DNA of 64,000 nucleotides from an uncultured virus (IMG/VR IMGVR_UViG_3300021598_001639) (taxonomy: Duplodnaviria > Heunggongvirae > Uroviricota > Caudoviricetes). This document shows, piece after piece, positions 60,958 to 64,000 of this stretch; the stretch's first letter is position 1; the number at the start of each line of letters is the position of its first letter. Where the stretch lies: IMG/VR virus record IMGVR_UViG_3300021598_001639. One strand, written 5' to 3'. The notes below the pieces were generated by a model. It did no database searches, had not been told where the DNA came from, and saw only the letters and a program-made list of their open reading frames with translations. The translations under genes were made by a program, and so were the position numbers.

Positions 60958-61812
60958 CTAATATTTCAAAAGGGAACCTTTAGTCACCTCAAGAATCTCT
61001 TGAATGGTAGTGACTCGCCCTAAAGAAAGACCTAAAGGTTGAGAAGGAGTGATAGCGTGCTGGTCGGGGGACTTACGAATAGTGAAGTCAATATCGACAC
61101 CTGAGAACCAAGCAACAGAAGCTGGTAAATCATAAAGTCCAACAGAATAAGAGATATAAGCCCTAGTCCAAAGGTGAGCTATTTGCAAAGCTAAACAAAA
61201 ACGAGCAGAATCTTTAGCAAGAACAATGTACCGGTATTCATCATGAATAGTGATACAAAGTCGAGCATCAATGTCGTATTTGGAACAAAGATAATCAACA
61301 GCAGTAAGACAGATGTGTAAAAAATCAACACCGGAGCTTTGAACACAAAAATTAATTTTGCTAGTTAGATAATCTTTGTGACCAGTAAAACGGGGATGAA
61401 TGGCATCACTCATAGTACGTTTTAAGGTAGGAGTGCGAGGGTCACTAGAAGTAGCAATACGTTCAAGTTCGTTAAACATAACGGACTCAGTACCTAAACG
61501 CCAACGTCCTTCAATTTTTTTACCTTTTGTTTTGGCAAACATATCAGAAGCAAGCTGTTTAGCCTCAGCAGAAGTCAAAGTTTTACGGAACTCCCGCATA
61601 TAATTAATCATCGATTTAAGACCAGCAGAATATCGACGGCTATAGACGACAGTTTTAGCATTATCACGACTGATACCTAATAAAGAAGCAGTCATAGAAT
61701 GAGGGTCAGTGCCATCTTCTTTACAGCCAACAAGTGTTTGAAAAGAGGAAGGCGTACCACCAATAATGCCAACATGAGCATCAGCTATAAGGTCAGAAAT
61801 CCATAACTCTTG
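60958..61812 (-). CDS. DNA polymerase gamma-like (family A), exon 2
   Basis: QELWIS, ISRDNAKTVVYSRRY (motif B), TSKINFCVQSSGVDFLH, CITIHDEYRY (motif C), LPASVAWFS. Confidence 0.92.
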   Translation of the reverse strand, partial: QELWISDLIADAHVGIIGGTPSSFQTLVGCKEDGTDPHSMTASLLGISRDNAKTVVYSRRYSAGLKSMINYMREFRKTLTSAEAKQLASDMFAKTKGKKIEGRWRLGTESVMFNELERIATSSDPRTPTLKRTMSDAIHPRFTGHKDYLTSKINFCVQSSGVDFLHICLTAVDYLCSKYDIDARLCITIHDEYRYIVLAKDSARFCLALQIAHLWTRAYISYSVGLYDLPASVAWFSGVDIDFTIRKSPDQHAITPSQPLGLSLGRVTTIQEILEVTKGSLLKY

Positions 61813-62706
61813 CAAGTTTCTTACGAATAGCCCGCTTCCGACTATTCTCACTGAGTCTCCCCAGTGTTGAGACTATATCATATACGGTTTCCCGTATCTC
61901 CCCGTTTCGAGCTTGCTTAAGCCCTACGATAATAAGCCTAGTTCTTTCAAGATACCCTTATATGCTTTACCCTTCTTGATGTTAGCCACATGGGACTTCT
62001 GTACTCCATGCTCTTTAGCTAATTGTTCATCTGGTAAGTCAGAATTGAAGATTTTTACAATATCTTCTGTGGTTAACTTGAATCTAGACGTTTCTCTAGT
62101 CGTTGAAGAGTCCTGTACAATCCTTCCCACTGTGGTTCTGTTCATGCCCACCATCTCCGCTATTTTTCGGGTGGTGTAACCCTGTACCCATAGTTCCATT
62201 ACTTCTTCCCGGTGAATATCTCTGAAGTCCGAGTGTTGGTTTTTTCTACCTTGGGGGCGTTTGTCGCCCTTTAGCCGATAGTCTTCAGAGATATTGTGGG
62301 AAATTGTACACCATTCAAGATTTTCAAGATTGTTATTGGTCTTGCAATCGTCTTTGTGGTGGACTACGGGGAGATTGTCTGGGTTGGGTAGATGGGCTAG
62401 GGCTACCATACGGTGAACCATGATGTTTTTAGTTTCCCCTGAGTCATTTGTTAGGACAGTTGCCATATATCCACTTTTATTGACTGCTGGTGACATAAAA
62501 CGCTTGACTCGGTGGGAGTAGATACGACCCGTTTTAGTAACGCTGTACTTACTAAATCCGGGGATTGTAACTAGGCTTTCCCGCTGATTGTCCATAACCT
62601 TTATCTTTTTAAACGCTATCCCAATTGTATCCTAAAGGGATTGTGGTGTAAAGGCTTAACTGGAGTTTCCAGCAATTAGAGGAGTTTAACGACAGCCATT
62701 GTGTTA
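61813..62706 (-). mobile_element. Group I intron in polymerase motif A, with HNH homing endonuclease
   Basis: Exon 1 ends ...GAC AGT (U), intron ends ...AAACTTG (omega G); splicing restores ADVDSQELWI; AATTGCTGGAAA and ATGATATAGTCT core-like motifs. Confidence 0.9.
61924..62595 (-). CDS. NUMOD4/HNH homing endonuclease
   Basis: IPGFSKYSVTKTGRIYS; VHRMVALAHLPNPDNLPVVHHKDDCKTNNNLENLEWCT; C-terminal HTH. Confidence 0.92.
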   Translation of the reverse strand: MDNQRESLVTIPGFSKYSVTKTGRIYSHRVKRFMSPAVNKSGYMATVLTNDSGETKNIMVHRMVALAHLPNPDNLPVVHHKDDCKTNNNLENLEWCTISHNISEDYRLKGDKRPQGRKNQHSDFRDIHREEVMELWVQGYTTRKIAEMVGMNRTTVGRIVQDSSTTRETSRFKLTTEDIVKIFNSDLPDEQLAKEHGVQKSHVANIKKGKAYKGILKELGLLS

Positions 62707-64000
62707 ACTGTCCACGTCAGCACCAATTTGAACATAGCCTTGTGGCATACGAACAGTGGTTTTAATTTCACTTCCAATGCGATTAGCCCGGGGGTTAGCC
62801 GCAGTAAGCCAAGTGTTTTCAACAGCACGACCAGTGACAGTACCGGCAGTAATTAATTGAGGACAAATAAAACCAGTTCGATTGTCAGAAGACAGAACAA
62901 CAAATTGATTTTTTACTCGGTCTTGAACAGAAACCCAATAAGCGCAAGAAATAGCAGATTGGAGGGCTAATTTAGCTTCAGGGAAGTCAGAATCAAGAAT
63001 ACCTCCTTCCATTTCAGACAGATAATCTTTAGACAAAGGCGAACCAACATTGGAATTTTCACCGGCTTTGTGAGGTAGGGGATAATACAGAGTATCGACA
63101 TAAGAAAGACCACCATCGTGAGAGATAAAGTTTTCAAGAAGCAAAGGTGTGGTATTGGAAGAAACATCAGCACCCTGAGTGGCAAGAAAACCCCACTTAC
63201 GATCCTTATGATGATAAAGAGGGAAACCCATCCAAGAGAGACGTAAAAGATAGGGGGTACATTGGGAACGAACAGTAAGGTTCAGTTTATCACCCTTGAA
63301 TAGCTTACGATACCATTCTGGTTTGTCTTTATGTTTTTTAGCCCGTGAAGAAGGCATAGACCAATCTAAATGACGAAGCCAAGCATCAGAGTTAGGGTCT
63401 AATTCACCGCTAATAAACTTAGAAACTGCATCATCAGCCAACATTTGCAAGTGGGAATTAATTTTTAAGCGTTCGGACTGAAACAACTCTTCACACCGAT
63501 TGATATAGCCATACCAACTTTCACGGGTAACAGGAAGGATAGCAGTACCCATTTGCAACATTCCGCAAAAAGTCACAGCAGAAGGGCATTTTTCCTTAAA
63601 GCGGAACCATAAAACTTGATAAAGTTGAAAAGTGACTTTAACATCATTAGCACAGTATTGAGCTAATTGCTGAAAACGATTTTTTATTTCCAAAAGAGTA
63701 CCGGTAACAAAATAATCACGGTCGGATTTGGAAATAGAATAACCTAAATGCAATCTTGAAGTTTCGGCTAAAGAATTACCGCTAGAAACCTCAAGCCAAT
63801 CAAAATAAAAAGGAGACTCACCTTGCTCATCAAGAGCTTTATTATGTTTGATGCTAAGAGGACGTTGTTTTGAACTTAGACCAGCGACGCATTGGTGCAT
63901 AGACAAAGTATCCCAAAAACGAACGCCTGAGAGTTTGAGGTCATAAGTTTCTAAGGTTCTTGCACGGTCATAACTGGCATAATGAGCAACAACAAATTTG
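62707..64000 (-). CDS. DNA polymerase gamma-like (family A), exon 1 (start outside window)
   Basis: VVAHYASYDRAR...RFWDTLSMH (Exo II), YCANDV (Exo III), LPHKAGENSNVGSPLSKD, GTVTGRAVENTWLTA, QIGADVDS. Confidence 0.93.

Noticed and set aside
61813..62706. Intein or two separate polymerase genes
   Set aside because: An in-frame stop immediately follows DVDS and the U/G boundaries fit group I splicing; the ORF-track start at 61851 is intron sequence
1..64000. tRNA/rRNA genes, integrase
   Set aside because: None recognised by eye; tRNAscan-SE would be needed to exclude tRNAs formally

Overview
About 64 kb of a freshwater cyanosiphovirus genome, most likely a Microcystis phage of the Mic1 type. 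The capsid cement protein and major capsid protein match my recollection of Mic1, the polymerase is mitochondrial Pol-gamma-like, and Microcystis-type TTATCAG repeats and host-derived genes are present. Layout: 1-35.9 kb is a mostly minus-strand late module (TerL, tail chaperones, tail tube, tail tip, 2598-aa tape measure, capsid, scaffold, cement), interleaved with plus-strand genes (MazG, TnpB, phage sigma factor, ThyX, FGE/CLec). 38-52 kb is a plus-strand early region of small genes, each behind a palindrome plus sigma70 promoter, ending in a repeat/cassette array. 53-64 kb is nucleotide metabolism and replication (kinase, RNR, NblA-like, Pol gamma split by a group I intron with an HNH endonuclease). 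The most interesting unexplained structures are: (1) three related non-coding elements bounded by long inverted repeats that enclose a promoter, a covarying hairpin and an AT-rich tract; (2) an intact solo TnpB plus a second, separately promoted omegaRNA copy, with IS ends reused as 5' leaders; (3) a 57-59-bp repeat array whose expression cassettes hold chimeric host-gene fragments; (4) a cluster of host transcription-factor boxes (Zur/Fur, CRP) at the strand-skew switch; (5) a CGCYCA late-promoter motif. All homology calls come from motif recognition, not database searches. Some ORF breaks at homopolymers may be sequencing errors.
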